64,000 bases of DNA from Octopus sinensis (Eukaryota), in the NCBI RefSeq assembly GCF_006345805.1, contig NC_042997.1:114018001-114082000 (forward strand). The letters run 5' to 3'. The translations under genes were made by a program, and so were the position numbers. Under the pieces are notes generated by a model. The model searched no databases. It had not been told where the DNA came from and worked only from the letters and a program-made list of their open reading frames with translations. Within the stretch, counting starts at the first letter, position 1, and every line of letters begins with the position of its first letter. Positions 9,519 through 24,100 of the stretch are shown here, one piece after another.

Positions 9519-12500
9519 GTATGTTATTTGTCTGTTCCGTTCCCAGATTTCTATTATAACCAATATTTCGGTTTACTTATACATCGCAACAACAAATATC
9601 CAATGTGCTAAAATATATTTTAGCGGCGTAAAATCTTCCTGGTCACCTTTCGGAGTTTTGTTTTACTTTTCGCCACGGACAGAAGTCCAAAAATGTTTTT
9701 GTGTGGGAAAAAGGATCGTATTAAAACTGACGCAAGGACTTTGGCTTATTTCGTTATCTAAGCGACAAAAACAACTACAACGTGCAAAAGCATAACAAAA
9801 AACATTGCCTGGCATACCTTTAATATATTTCTATTTTCATAGGCATAACTACATATTAGTGCCCCTCGACCTTGTTCCCTCATAGCTTTCTAAAAAATGC
9901 ATATTTTAAAATGAAATTTTGCATAGCTACGTTTCGGAGAGCATAGATTAAAATTATGCTACTATAAATGAAACATCTTGCGAAAATACGTTTTTGAGAT
10001 GGTAGATTATGTAATATTCATGTTTCAAATGTATACATGTATATGCGCACATCTCTCTCTCTCTCTCTCTCTCTCTGTATATATATATATATATAAATAG
10101 TTATCGCCAAGTTAATATGGCAGTCCAGAAATATAGGACGAATGCTGCCGTTGATTAGCTCCAAGAGGTCATCGAACCTGTGTCCGTTATAACCTTGGAA
10201 CAGGGGAGGTCAGGCATTTGCAGACTAGTTTCAGGGTATTTGCCCTTTATTAATGCAGAGCAGCCGAACCCAGCAGGTGTCGCTACTGACCGTCTGTTCG
10301 AAGGAATAATTACCTTGGAATACATCCACTGGTTTTCAAAAAGAGAAGTATTGATATTTCTAAGTCTCTCTAAAGGATAATTTCACACTTTGGCACAAGG
10401 CCAGTTATTTCAGGGGAGAGGGTAGGCAATTATGTTGACCCCAATGCTCAACTGGTATTTATTTTATCGTCCCTGAAAGCATAAAAGGTGAAGTGAACTG
10501 CAGTGGAATTTGAACTCAGAATACGAAGCGGGCAAAATACCATTAAGCATTTTGTCCGGTGTGCTAAAGATTTTTCCAGCTGGCCACCTTGATGATAATG
10601 ATTAATGTTATCATTTACACTTTTCAAAAATGTATCTGTGCAAAACTTCATCAAAAAGATACGCATCAGGAAACAAAGTCGATGATGTGGGAAGGCAGTC
10701 TGGTTGTGCTTGTAGACCTTTAGGGATATGTAATACAGAGAGTCTGTGTCATCATCATCATTCTTGTATAACATCCACTTTCCATGCTGGCATGGGTTGG
10801 ACGGTTTGACTGAGGACTGGCAAGCCAATGGGTTGCACTAGGCTCCAGTCTGATTTGGCAAGGTTTCTACAGCTGGATGCCCTTCCTTATGCCAACCACT
10901 CTGAGAGAGTAGTAGGTGCTTTTTACGTGCCACCAGTATGGGAGCCAGTCAGGTGGCACTGGCTATGACTACGCAGCACAGGTGCCAGTCAAGCAGCACT
11001 GGCGTCGACCACACTCAAATGGTGCTTTTTACATGTCACTGGCACAGAAGCCAGTCAAGTGGCACTGGCATCACGCCTTTTATTATACTTTTCGTTTATG
11101 GAAATTCATAGAGGTTCTTGCTCTGACAAAAAGGAAAAAAAATATTCTTTTTTAGCTCATCTTTTAGTAACTAGGCTAAGGCAAACCCACAACCCATTAC
11201 AGGGCTTCTGAGACTAGTGATAGGGAAGGAAGATGGTATCCTCAAACTGAGGAGCTGGCTCAAATGCTTGACAGATATTGATTAACCCTAGATCAACCCT
11301 GGTTAAGCAGACCTATGATCATTTCTGCCATGGCTGTCCTACCTTTTAGTACATCCAAGATAACACTGGCCAATTGATCCGTCCGTCCTTTTTAAAGTTG
11401 GATTTGAATTTAGGAAATTTCACTGTTATTTCTATGATAACAGGCATTGCAGCTCCCCCTTGTTTGTTCATCAATATTCAAGTGTTTACTGCTGGTTGTT
11501 TTGACTGTTTAACTGCACTTGAAAGTAGAGGAGTGTTAGTCTATTGTTTATTTTTTTCTAATTTATTTCCAGTTGGGAAATAAAAATCTAGTCCAGTGGT
11601 TCTTAACCTGTTTTTTTTTTTTTTGTAGCACCCCACTCCTTTAAGTTGTTATGCCTATCACCCAGCTAAGTGGTGAGTGAGGTATCATGACTAAATATCA
11701 TCGTTATCATTATTTAGTGTCCGTTTTCCATGCTGGTATGGATCAGACAATTTGACTAGAACTGATAAGCTGAAGAGCTGTACTAGGCACCAGTCTGATT
11801 TGGCTTGGTCTCAACAGCTGGATGCCCTTCCTAATGCCAACCACTCCAAGCGTGTAGTGGGTGCCTTTTACATTGGATAGCATTATTTTGGATATAGTCT
11901 AGGATGTCTGAGTGGGTAACAACAGTACCATCTTAGATGTGGGGGCAGAGTTCCATTGTGAGTCTGATAGGAGCTTTATAACGAGGTTAGTAATTGTTGG
12001 GTGAAGTGGGGGGCATTGAAATATATTCTGACCCTGAAGAGATGCTGCCTGAGGATCCAATTAGGGCAGGGGTCACCAAACATTTTTCATGGTGGGCCAG
12101 ATAACTGAGAGAATGACGAGTGCAGGCTGCATAACCATTTTGTTCAATGCAATATAGTGAATACACAAAAAATAAAGACAACCAACATATTTATTTACCA
12201 AAATGTTATCAAAGGAGGCGACATTAGCAAAAAGATAGTTATATAACACCCAGTGTGCACATATCTGAATCTCACAAACTAAGCAGCAAAAATGGTTTGT
12301 GAGATTTGTGAAACTGGTGTTTAGCTATTAAGATATCAGCAATATTTGCTTTGGAATTGCTGCATTCAACCAAGAGAATTGCTTTCAAATGTTCATCAGT
12401 GAATCTTGTTTGATGTGCTGACTTCACATTCTTCGTTTTGAAAATGTTTGCTGACAGATATGAGTTGTTCCAAACACTGATGCCATACCAGAGGCAAATG

Positions 12501-15500
12501 AACTCTCCTTGCAGGTATTTACACAAAAGGTACAGTGCAGTGGTGGGCCGGATGAACTGTCCTCATGGGCTGAATCTGGCCCACGGGCTCTTGTTTGGTG
12601 ACTCCTGAGCTAGGGTGACAGCCTGTGTTGGTTGACCATATGCGTCATGGTCATGGCAGATGAGGAAGTATTTCACGGAGATGGAAACTTACTTGGACAC
12701 TGCCTGGAGGGTTGTCTTGTAGGATCCAAGCAGATATCAACAAATGGTGGGCACAGCAATGCACTGCAATGATTACAGGAGAGCTCACTGCCATCAACTC
12801 ACCATGAAGAAAGTTCACTGAGAGGAAAATTTACCACACGTACGCACACACACACACAAACAAGGATACAAACATATGCGCACATAAGGATACACATCTT
12901 AGAAGAACAGAAAGGAGTAGGTGGAGCAAGAACACACACAAAAACGAAAAGTATCGCTGAAGAGGTCACAGATGTGTGACAAAAAATTTCTGGACAATGG
13001 ACATGAGTTAAAAAAATAAAATAAGAAAAGGAATAAATGAGTGAAGAAAAAATGTATAGTGTGTAGGTTTATTTGGCAAAAAAAGAAAAAGAAAAGTGAC
13101 CATCCCAAAATACAGCAATATCCATAGTATCTCACCATTAATAGTTAAAGACTATTTGATTGAAAAAAAAAATGAAAGTAATGGAGATCAAAACGTGCAA
13201 TCAGGAACATTTCTTATGGGGAATTTTCCCTGCAGTGAACTGATGATGGTGAACTTACAGACACGCACTGCAGCGGTACAAGACCCCTTACCTGACCTGA
13301 AGAAGAAAATTAGTGTTTGTGTTACAGTCTTTGCTAAAATGTGTGTGTGTGTTTCCAGAAGAGAACCTTATTTATGGTCAGCTTATTTATGTAGCAACTT
13401 TGCGGGTTCTAGTTCCATGTTGGTACATTGTTCAGGTTTAAGGCGTTGGGGTATGATATTATTTTCTTGATATGTGTAATGATTGGATCTTTGTACTGTT
13501 GAAAGTCATGTGATTTTTATCTCATTGATTTCTAGGTGTTCTACGTAGCTGTCAACCCATAAGGTTCTATGCAGCAAAACAGCACCAGAAATTGGCTCCT
13601 GTAAGTTCATCACTTTTTCTTGGAAAACTATTAAAAATGATAATTTTTTTAGATATTATTTATTTTTACAAACATTTCATTAATTTCTGGATAAACATCA
13701 GCTTCTTGTTATATCAAGAGCCCTTCCTTAATCTATCCTCCACCTCTACCTCCTAAAATTTTGTGGGGGTGCACTTTGAACATCCTCCTGAAAAACTGAA
13801 AAACTTCATTGTCAAAACAAATGAGTGTAGAAATATTTCTAAAATGATATGAAATATTATTTGTCCATTATTAGATTTATCCTTAGCGGTATTTCGTCTG
13901 TCTTTACATTCTGAGTTCAAATTTCGCTGAGGTGGACTTTGTCTTTCATCCTTTCGAGGTCGACAAATTAAGTACCAGTTGCGTACTGGGGTCGATCTAA
14001 TTGACTGGCCCCCTCCCCAAAAATTTTGGGCCTTGTGCCCAGAGTAGAAAAGAATATTTGGTTTCAATCTGCCATGGTCGACTTTGCCGTTCATCCTTTC
14101 AGGATTGATAAATTAAGTATCAGTTGCATACTGGGGTCAATCTAATTGACTGGCCCCCTCCCCACAAATTTGTGCCTTGTGCCTAGAATAGAAAAGATTA
14201 TTGGATTTATCTGATTTTATTGATGTACAAATATATTAATAATAATTATTATTATATCCATGTTTTGATATTAAGACTGAAAAAAATCGACCCAGTTTGT
14301 AAAAAATTTTGGATCTGGGTTTGCACCCCTGAAGCAAATTTCATTCCTGCACTTATGACTGAACCTGCTTAAAATCAAGCAGTCAATACTTGCAAGATAG
14401 ACAGAATTCCAGAGGGAGGATTTCTGGGGAGGAAAGACGAAGTTCAAATCTTGCTGAGGTCAAATTTGCATTTAACTCCTCCAGGGTTGATAAAATAAAT
14501 ATCAGTTGAACATTGGAGTCGATGGTTTTAACTAATCCCTTCCCATCAAAATTACTAGCTTTGTACCAAAATTAGAAAGAATTATTCTTATTATTGGCAG
14601 AAACAGTAGAACACTGGATAAAATGCCTTGTGGTATTTATTCCAGCACTTTGTGTTCTGAGCTCAAATCCCACTAAAATAAACTTTGCTTTTCATCATTT
14701 GGGGTTCAACAGAATAAAATACCAGTCAAGTACTGGAGTAAATAGTACTGACCCCTCAAAATTGCTAGCCTTCAGCCAAATTTGAAACTGTTATTATCAT
14801 CATCATCATTATTATTAACGTGGTGAGCTGGCAGAATTGTTAGCACACTGGACATAATGCTTAGAGGTATTTCATCTGTCTACACTTTCTGGGTTCAAAT
14901 TCCACCGAGGTCAACTTTGCCTTTCATCCTTTTAGAGATCAATAAATTAAGTACTTGTTGAACACTGGGGTCGATGTAATTGAAGAGCACCCCCAACACC
15001 CAAAATTCCTGGCCTTGTGCCTAATTTTGAAACCATTATTATTATTATTATTAAGGTGGTAAGCTGGGAGAATTGTTAGCAGATGAGGCTAAATGTTTCA
15101 TGGCATTTCATCCATCTTTACATTCTGAGTTCAAATTCCTTTGAGTTTGACTTTGCCTTTCATCCTTTCAGGGTCATCATCATCATCATCATCAAAACCA
15201 GTCGAGTGCTGGGATCAATGTAATCGACCTTACTCCCTCACGCGAAATTGCTGGTCTTGTGCCAAAATTTGAAACCATTATTGTTATTATTATTATTATT
15301 ATCAAATTCGATGACTGGCATCCGTGCTAGTGGAGCGCTAAGAGCACCATCCGAGCATGATCGTTGCCAGAGCAGCTAATTGTCTTCCATGCCAGTATAC
15401 GTAGAAGACACCATTCAAGTGTGATTGTTGCCAGTGCCGCCTGACTGGCCCTTGTGTTGGTGGAACGTAAAAGCACCCACTACACTCTCTGAGTGGTTGG

Positions 15501-18069
15501 TGTTAGGAAGGGCATCCAGCTGTAGAAACTCTGCCAGATCAAGATTGGAGCCTGGTGCAACCTTCTGGTTTGCCAGTCCTCAGTCAAATCGTCCAACCTA
15601 TGCTAGCATGGAAAGCAGACGTTAAACAATGATGATGATGATGATTGTTATTATTAGTAGTTCTGTCTTGAAAATTTTATTTTTGTTTCTAAACGATTTT
15701 TTTTTTATCATTACTTATTTCTTTTATTTTAGGTTGAGAGCAAAATCCTAGAAAAACTAGAGAAATACTTCAAGGTTTGTAAAACAATTTTGAGGACTTT
15801 ATCTTACCTCTGAAATAGAATAGGGAGAAAGAAGTCTAAAACTACTATCGAGTAAAGATTATTTGCCAACATAACATGGCAGTCCTGGTTTAGGACAAAT
15901 GTTGCTGTAATTTAGCCCCAGGAAACATCATCTCCAGCTGGTCTATATGACACAATCTGTGTCCTTATATTTTATAACAAGGGAATCTAGTACCCCCACT
16001 CAGCTCAAAACAATATCTGTGTATCACGATTTCCAGGTTATTACACAGATATTGTTTTGAGCTGAGTGGGGGTACTAGATTCCCTTGTTCACAAATATAA
16101 GGTTATAGATTGTATCGTATAGCCAACGTATGTTATGTTGGCAAATAATCTTTACTCCAAAGTAGTGTTGCTGAATATCTCTCATTGTAAGATTTACAAA
16201 TAGTAATTTTCTAGAACTACTTTGTTTTCAGGATTTCAAGATGTACATTGGAGAGATCCAGTGTGATTGTGTTCATTTTAAAAGTTTCAGGAGTTACATC
16301 TTGTGAGTGAAGAATTTGTAAATTGGTTCTGGCTCTGTACTTTGTCTTCAGGCAAACATTAACATCATCTTGTCTCAATCTATTTTGTTTCATTCATTAG
16401 TCAGAGGAAGTGATTGGCTCTCACAGATATATTGGATTCTCCTCAGAGGAAATGTTAATTGTTGGTGAGTAAATATAGGTCAGTAAGGAGAAGAGAGTTT
16501 TAAGAGAAATATAGTCATGGGGTGGAAGGATTAGCATTCAGATTACTGTCAATTGCAATGCTTGAGATATGCTGTGACTGTGAAGACCTGACAAATGAAG
16601 TGAGTTCATGGCTCGCAGGACGGCCTGCTGTGCTAACCTTGGATTGTAGAGTGACCCGCTGTGCTTGAGGAGATTTATTGAGTCAAGTACGTCAACATGA
16701 ACATCAAAATAAGAATCAAATGGAAATTGTAGTTAAGATACCTGTGCCGGTGGCATGTAAAAAGCAATGTCCGAACGTGGCAGATGCCATCGCCGCCTGA
16801 CTGGCGTCCGTGTCGGTGACATGTAAAAGTACCAACCGATCGTGGCCGTTTGTCAGCCTCCTCTGGCCCCTGTGCTGGTGGCACATAAAAAACACCCTCT
16901 ACACTCACGGAGTGGCTGGCGTTAGGAAGGGCATCCAGCTGTAGAAACACTGCCAGATCAGACTGGAGCCTGGTGCAGCCTTCTGGCTTCCCAGACCCTG
17001 GTCGAACCGTCCAACCCATGCTAGCATGGAAAATGGACGTTAAACGATGATGATGTTGTTTTGAATTAAACATGTATGACATTGTTGCTCCAAGACTTTG
17101 ATGATGTGATTGTTTATTTGTAGAATAATATTGTAGGGTGGTATGAGAGGCCTCTCTCTAATATAAAACAGACAGAATATTTGAAGAGGATATGGCTGGT
17201 TTAAATGCTAAATTTTCTTTGTCTGATTAACTTTATATGATGTTGTCTCTTTTCTTGCTTTCTAGCCTCAACACTTACAAGTTGTAAACGAAAGTTATAT
17301 GCACAATGTACCTAAAGGTAAATATTCTCCCTCTCCTTGTCACCCTTTCATCATGCTGCATTACTTGCTTTAACTATATTCATTCATTCATTCATTCATT
17401 TATTCATTCATTCATATTACATCTGTTTTTTCATGCTACTTTTCTCATGTATTTTATTAGTGCCACCTGGCTGGCTCCCATGTAGGTGGCACTTAAAAAG
17501 TACCATTCAAGCATGGTTCTTGCCAGTACCGCCTGACTGGCCCCTGTGCTGGTGGCATGAAAAAAGCACCCACCACACCTTCAGAGTGGTTGGCATTAGG
17601 AAGGGCATCCAGCTGTAGAAACCTTGCCAAATCAGAATGGAGGCTGGTGCAGCCACCTGGCTTGCCAGCCCTCAGTCAAATCGTCCAACCCTTGCTAACA
17701 TGGAAAGCAGACGTTAAACGATGATGATGAACTACTGGAACCTTCCCCAAATAATGAAAAACCTTCCTGCCAAATTTGGTACAGATTGATCCAGTGGTTT
17801 GGCTGTGCATAGAGGACACGCACGCACACACACACACACACACAGTGAATTTTTGTATTTGTTGTGTGGTTGAGAAGTTTACTTCCTAACCATGGCATTT
17901 CAGGTTCAGTCCCACTGCATGACATCTTGGACAAGTGTCTTTGTCTCTAGCCTTGTGAGTTGATCTGGTAGATGGAAACTGAAAGAAACCTCATATATAT
18001 CATCATCAACATTTAACATACGTTTTCTATGCTGGCATGGGTTGGACAGTTTGATAAGTGATGGCAAAA

Positions 18070-18126
<57 letters not shown>

Positions 18127-21100
18127 ATATATATATATATATATAAAGAGAGAGAGAGAGAGAAGGGGGAGAAAGAGATAAGATGAAATACACAGAAGAT
18201 TTGTTTTACAGGATTTAAGGGTATATTAGAGCCATGATAATAAAGATATTACACAATTTTAACAAAACCTTATTTTGTACAAAATTGTGTAATATCTTTA
18301 TCATGGCTCTAATATACTCTTAAATCATTTAAAACAAATCTTCTGTGTATTTCATCTTATCTCTTATAAGATATAAATATCTATTATATAAATATCTATT
18401 TATACCCACCACATGTGTTTCCTCACTAAACTATTTTCTACCCTTTATATATATATATATATAATATATATATATATAATATATATATATATACATACTT
18501 AAATTTAGAACGATGAAGTGAATGTTCAACACAGCATTGGTGGATAAATAATTTCTTTATTTGTGAATTAAGGCTACCATTGGTTTCATGTTAAGAAGAT
18601 TAGGAAAATATCCAAGTATCTTAACAATTTTTCAAGCCAATCATATGGAGAAAGGTGTTTGCTTCCATTTTGGAGAACAATCTCGTTTCATTCACAGGAT
18701 TTCTCATAAATTTGCATGATTAAAACGAGAATGTTTTCCAAAACGGCAGCGAACACCTTTCTCCATGTGATCAGTTTGAAAAATTAAGATACTTGGATAT
18801 TTTCCTACTCTTAACATGAAACCAATGGTAGCTTTAATTCACAAATAAAGAATATATACTCTTTACTCTTTTACTTGTTTTAGTCATTTGACTGTGGCCA
18901 TGCTGGAGCACCGCCTTTAGTTGAACATATCAACCCCAGGACTTATTTGTAAGCCTAGTACTTATTCTATCGGTCTCTTTTGCCAACCAGCATCGGTTGT
19001 CAAGCGATATTAGGGGGATAAACACACACACACAAACACATGTGTATATATATATTTATATATATATATACACGCACATATATACGATGGGCTTCTTTCA
19101 GCTTCCGTCTACCAAATCCACTCACAATGCTTTGGTCGGCTTGAGGCTATAGTAGAAGACACTTGCTCAAGGTGCCACGCAGTGGGACTGAACCTGGAAC
19201 CATGTGGTTGGTAAGCAAGCTACTTACCACACAGCCACTCCTGCGCCTATATATGTATGTATTTATATAAATTAAGTAGAAAATGGAGAAATCTTGATCA
19301 ACAACAATTGGCTAACACCGATTATTATTTTTTAATACAAAACTTTATCCCATCTAACAGTTATTTCTGCTTCCAATGTCCTACGGTGTTGCCATTGAAA
19401 ATTCTGAGAATAATATTCGTCATATTTTGTAACACATCCGATCTGGAACAGGCACATGTATGCCCAGGGTTAATATAGGTAATTATACCGGTAGTAAAAA
19501 CGGATATTTTTATCCCTTAGATGATTATTCCAACCTCTAAATCTACTAATCTATATATATATATATATATGCATGTGTGTGTTATTGACATCATCATGTG
19601 ATACTTATAAATGGGCATCATTGTCTGTCATATAAACATTTCCAATCTTCCATGGAAATATGGAAACCTAAGGAAACAGGTGTGAGTTGGTGGCGGCTTG
19701 CCATAAATGCTACGTGACCCGTTTAAGCATGGTGAAGTGGATAATGACAATGATAGACGGAACTGCATTGCACATTTCGTAGCTTCCCATGTTTCCACAG
19801 AAAATTTGAAACAAAGGCACACATTTACCTCTGTGATGTAAATAGAAAAACACGAACATACACACACACGCTACCATGTACAACACACATAAACACATTA
19901 TGCATATAAAGGGATTCTTTCAGTATCCATCTACCATATCAACTCATTCTGGGGCCATAGTAGAAGACACTTCTCCAAGGTGACATGCAACGAACTCAAA
20001 GCAATCTGATTAAGAAGTAAACTTCTTAAGCACACAACCATACCTGCACCTACAAAATGTTATTAAAAAATATATATATATACTATATATACTAGGTGTA
20101 GGAGTGGCTGTGTGGTAAGTAGCTTGCTTACCAACCACATGGTTCTGGGTTCAGTCCTACTGCGTGGCATCTTGGGCAAGTGTCTTCTACTATAGCCTTG
20201 GGCTGACCAAAGCCTTGTGAGTAGATTTGGTAGATGGAAACTGAAAGAAGCCCGTCGTATATATGTATGTATGTATATGTTTGTGTGCCTGTGTTTGTCC
20301 CCTCAACATCGATTGACAACTGATGCTGGTGTTTAAGTCCCCATAACTTATCATTTCGGCAAAAGTGACCGATAGAATAAGTTCTAGGCTTACAAAGAAT
20401 AAGTCCTGGGGTCGATTTGTTTGACTAAAGGCGGTGCTCCAGCATGGCCACAGTCACATGACAGAAACAAGTAAAAGAGTACACATGGTTCCAGGTTCGG
20501 TCCCTCTTGGGAGGTTATTTTCTACTATAGCCTTGAGCTGACCAAAGCCTTGTGAGTAGATTTGGTAGACCGGAAATGAAAGAAGCCCATCATATGTGTG
20601 TGTGTGTGTGTGTGTGTGTGTCTCCCACCACCGCTTGTCGACCGGTGTTGGTGTATTTATGTCTCTGTAAATTAGAAGTTCAGCAAAAAGGACTGATAGG
20701 ATAAGTTCCAGGCTTTAAAAGATAAGCACTGGGCTCGCTTCATTCGACTAAAAATTCTTCGAGGTGGTACCCCAGCATGACTGAAACATGTAAAAGATAA
20801 ATGATTGAACAATTCCATCAATCCACTGCCCCAGACCATTTCCCTTCTTTCTTGACTTCAGAAGAATAAAAGGCAAAACACCAATTGACCGTAGTGGAAT
20901 TCGAACTTAGAATATAAAGAGGTGGAGCAAACATCCCATAGCCTTAGACTTCAACAACTCGACCACGTCGCTAACCTCGTTAGATCTCATCTGATAACTC
21001 AATTTGCTTTTGGTACGCTTTGCAAAGTTCTTGAAGTGAAGTCGCGTGTTGAAACCTGTTGTTGTATTTTGGGAGGGATATTTTGCAACGCAACCGCTCT

Positions 21101-24100
21101 GTTTCTTTTTTCTTTATTACTATTATTTGTAAACTAATTAATTAATCGATTGCTTGACCAATCATTTAAGCGGTCAGTTGGTTTGTCAATCCTTTCGTTT
21201 CTGTTCACGACTTCATCAATGACATTTCTTCTTCTGTTCGTTATTATTACCTCCCTTATAAGACTTGTTCTCTCCCTTCCACATATCTTGTTTTGTGGAA
21301 TTTCAGTAACACTCCTGTTAAATAAACTGGGTCTCTTAAACGCAAAAAAGTTCTTAAGTAAATATCAGCTATTATAACATAGCTAGATTTTCTAAAATAT
21401 CTAACTCCATCCTTCAAAAATTACACTCTCCTGACGTGCCTATATTCACGCATCATTTTTAATGTTCACTTTTCTGTACACAAAGTACCATGAAATCCTT
21501 TCTCAACTTTTATTGCTGTCTTCCTCTACATTTCGCCCGTCTTTGTGTTCTGAGATCGATATTCCCTTTCTTCCTTTCGGTGTCGACAAAATAATTGCCA
21601 ATCAAGTACTGGAGTCAATTTAATCGACTTCCCCTCCCCACAGAAACTGTTGGCCTTTGCTAACATTTAAAACCGTTATTGCGAAGACGGCGAGCTGGCA
21701 AAATCGGTATTTCGTCCTTCTTGCCTTTCATCCTTTTGGGGTCGATAAAATATGTAGCAGTTGAACACTGGGGTCGATGTAATCGACTCATCCCATAATG
21801 GCCTTGTATCAAAATTTGAAACCATTAATTATTATTGCGAAGGCGGCTAGCTGGCAGAATCGTTAGCATGCTAGATAAGATACTTAGCAGCATTTCGCCT
21901 TTTACGTTCCGCCGAGGTCGACTTTACCTTTCTTCCTTTCATAAATATCAGATGAGCACTGGGGTCGATCGACTGATCCCCACCACCACCACCTTCAGAA
22001 AATTTCAGGCCTCGTGTTTTTAGTAGTAATTATTATTGGTACATTTTGGTTATCTCACCCCATTAAAATAATTGGGTTACCTCCCACCGTTTTACGAGAA
22101 ATGCCGGTACTTTTGGTTATCTCCCTTAACTAGAAAAATTATTTAACCCCTATTAAAACAAAAAAAGCGAAAGTGAAAAGATGAAACATCTTATTGAATC
22201 TGATATTTTTATAACAAATCATACAAAACTAAAAAGATTAATAAACATGAAAACTGAAAAAATTAAACATCTTACTGAATCCGATAACATTTTTATAATA
22301 AATCAGACCATGCCTATTGAGGAAGCCAAACGTCAAAAATGTGCTGAAGTATTAAACCTATTTCTTCACTACACACAAAGGGGACAAAGAAGGCCAGACA
22401 AAGGGATTAAGTCGATTACATCGACCCCAGTGCGTAACTGGTACTTATTTAATCGACCCCGAAATGATGAAAAGCAAAGTCGTCCTCAGCGTAATTTGAA
22501 CTCAGAACGTTAAAGACAGACGAAATACCTATTTCTTTACTAACCACAAGGGGCTAAACACAGAGAGGACAAACAAGAATAGACAAACGGATTAAGTCGA
22601 TTACATCGACCCCAGTGCGTAACTGGTACTTATTTAATCGACCCCGAAAGGATGAAAGGCAAAGTCGACCTCGGCGGAATTTGAACTCAGAACGTAACGG
22701 CAGACGAAATACGGCTACGCATTTCGCCCGGCGTGCTAACGTTTCTGCCAGCTCGTCGCCTTGCAGTATTAAATCAAAAGGATTTCATCCAATCTCTTGT
22801 CGCCACATAAACTCATTTTTTTAGTGGGAGATAACCCAGTTTTTTAATGGCAATTTTTTAATGGGGGTGAGATAACCAAAAAGTGGCGGATTATTATTGT
22901 TTGCTCAGTTTATTTCCTTTGGGTTGGAGCTTTTTCTTTTTCCTTTCCTGTCAAAATATTTAATAAAAAGTTGCGTCCCTTTACGTTGTTTACTGTTCAA
23001 ATTTTGTCGTCGCCTTTTATCTTTATGGGACTCAATAAAATAACCACTTGTGAAATACTCGCTTCTGTTTAAGCGACTTTTTCCGCCTCCAAAATTTGTC
23101 GCTTTGTGATTATGTTATAAATCTATTTAAAACCACGAAAGATTTACCCTATTATTCAATTTGTTTGAAATTTCTTTTGTTGTTATGTATAATATGGAAT
23201 TCTAAGAAACCTACTTCTCACGCACTCAGCAACATGACTCAGCCATTCCAACGAAGTCGGGAATTTTGATTAAAATCCTTTCTTATAATTCCCAAATTTT
23301 TCCTTCATTTACTTTTCTAGTTGATTTGCAATTAAAACTAATCTGTTTTTCAAGAACATTCTGTTCCAAATTAAAATATCAAACACTTCACAGAAAAACG
23401 TTGACAAACAAAAACTTTCTTGACATTCTGACTAAGTCCAAATTACCTCATTAAAGACACTAATACACTTGACTCTACCCAACTTTTATGAACTAAAAGA
23501 GGAAAAATCTGGTTACATTTTTATTGAGTCATTTCCTTGCAGCTGTTTTATTTTGTCTCCTGTTCTTTTTTCAGGACCAAACTATAAGCATCTCTCTAAA
23601 TGTTGAGCTAATATTTCATTGAGCTAATATTTCATCTGGCAAGCTGAATCTATATCAGAGATTCCATTTATGTTTGTTGCCATTTTAGTTCATGTTCATT
23701 GCCAATGGAGGTGTTGTGGTTACATTACAAAACAATATATAGAATTTTGTGTATAAAAAAAAACGCCATTAGATGGGAAAAAAATCAAAGGCTGCCTGTA
23801 GTGCAGACATGGCTCTGTGGTTAAGAAGCTCACTTTACAGCTACATGGCCTTAAGTTCAATCCCACTGTGCCATACCTTGGGCAAGTATCTTATGTGATA
23901 GCCTTGTGAGCAAATTTGTTTGACAGAAACTGTATAGAAGCCCTTTGAATGTGTGTGTGTGTGTGTCTGAATTTGTCTTTGTCTCATAGCTTGATATCTG
24001 GTGTTGGTTTGTTTACATCTCCTTGACTTAGTGGTTCAACAAAAGAGACTGATAGAATAAATACCAGACTAAAGAGATAAGTATTGGAGCAGGAGGCAAC

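Noticed and set aside
9133-9795. 220-aa plus-strand ORF upstream of and overlapping BOLA1 exon 1
   Set aside because: Non-ATG start, low-complexity Phe-rich translation, and it runs through the MITE TIR and into intron 1; no family motif.
20095-20180. tRNA-like A/B-box sequences here and in other SINE heads
   Set aside because: They continue into SINE bodies and lack a full cloverleaf; not tRNA genes.
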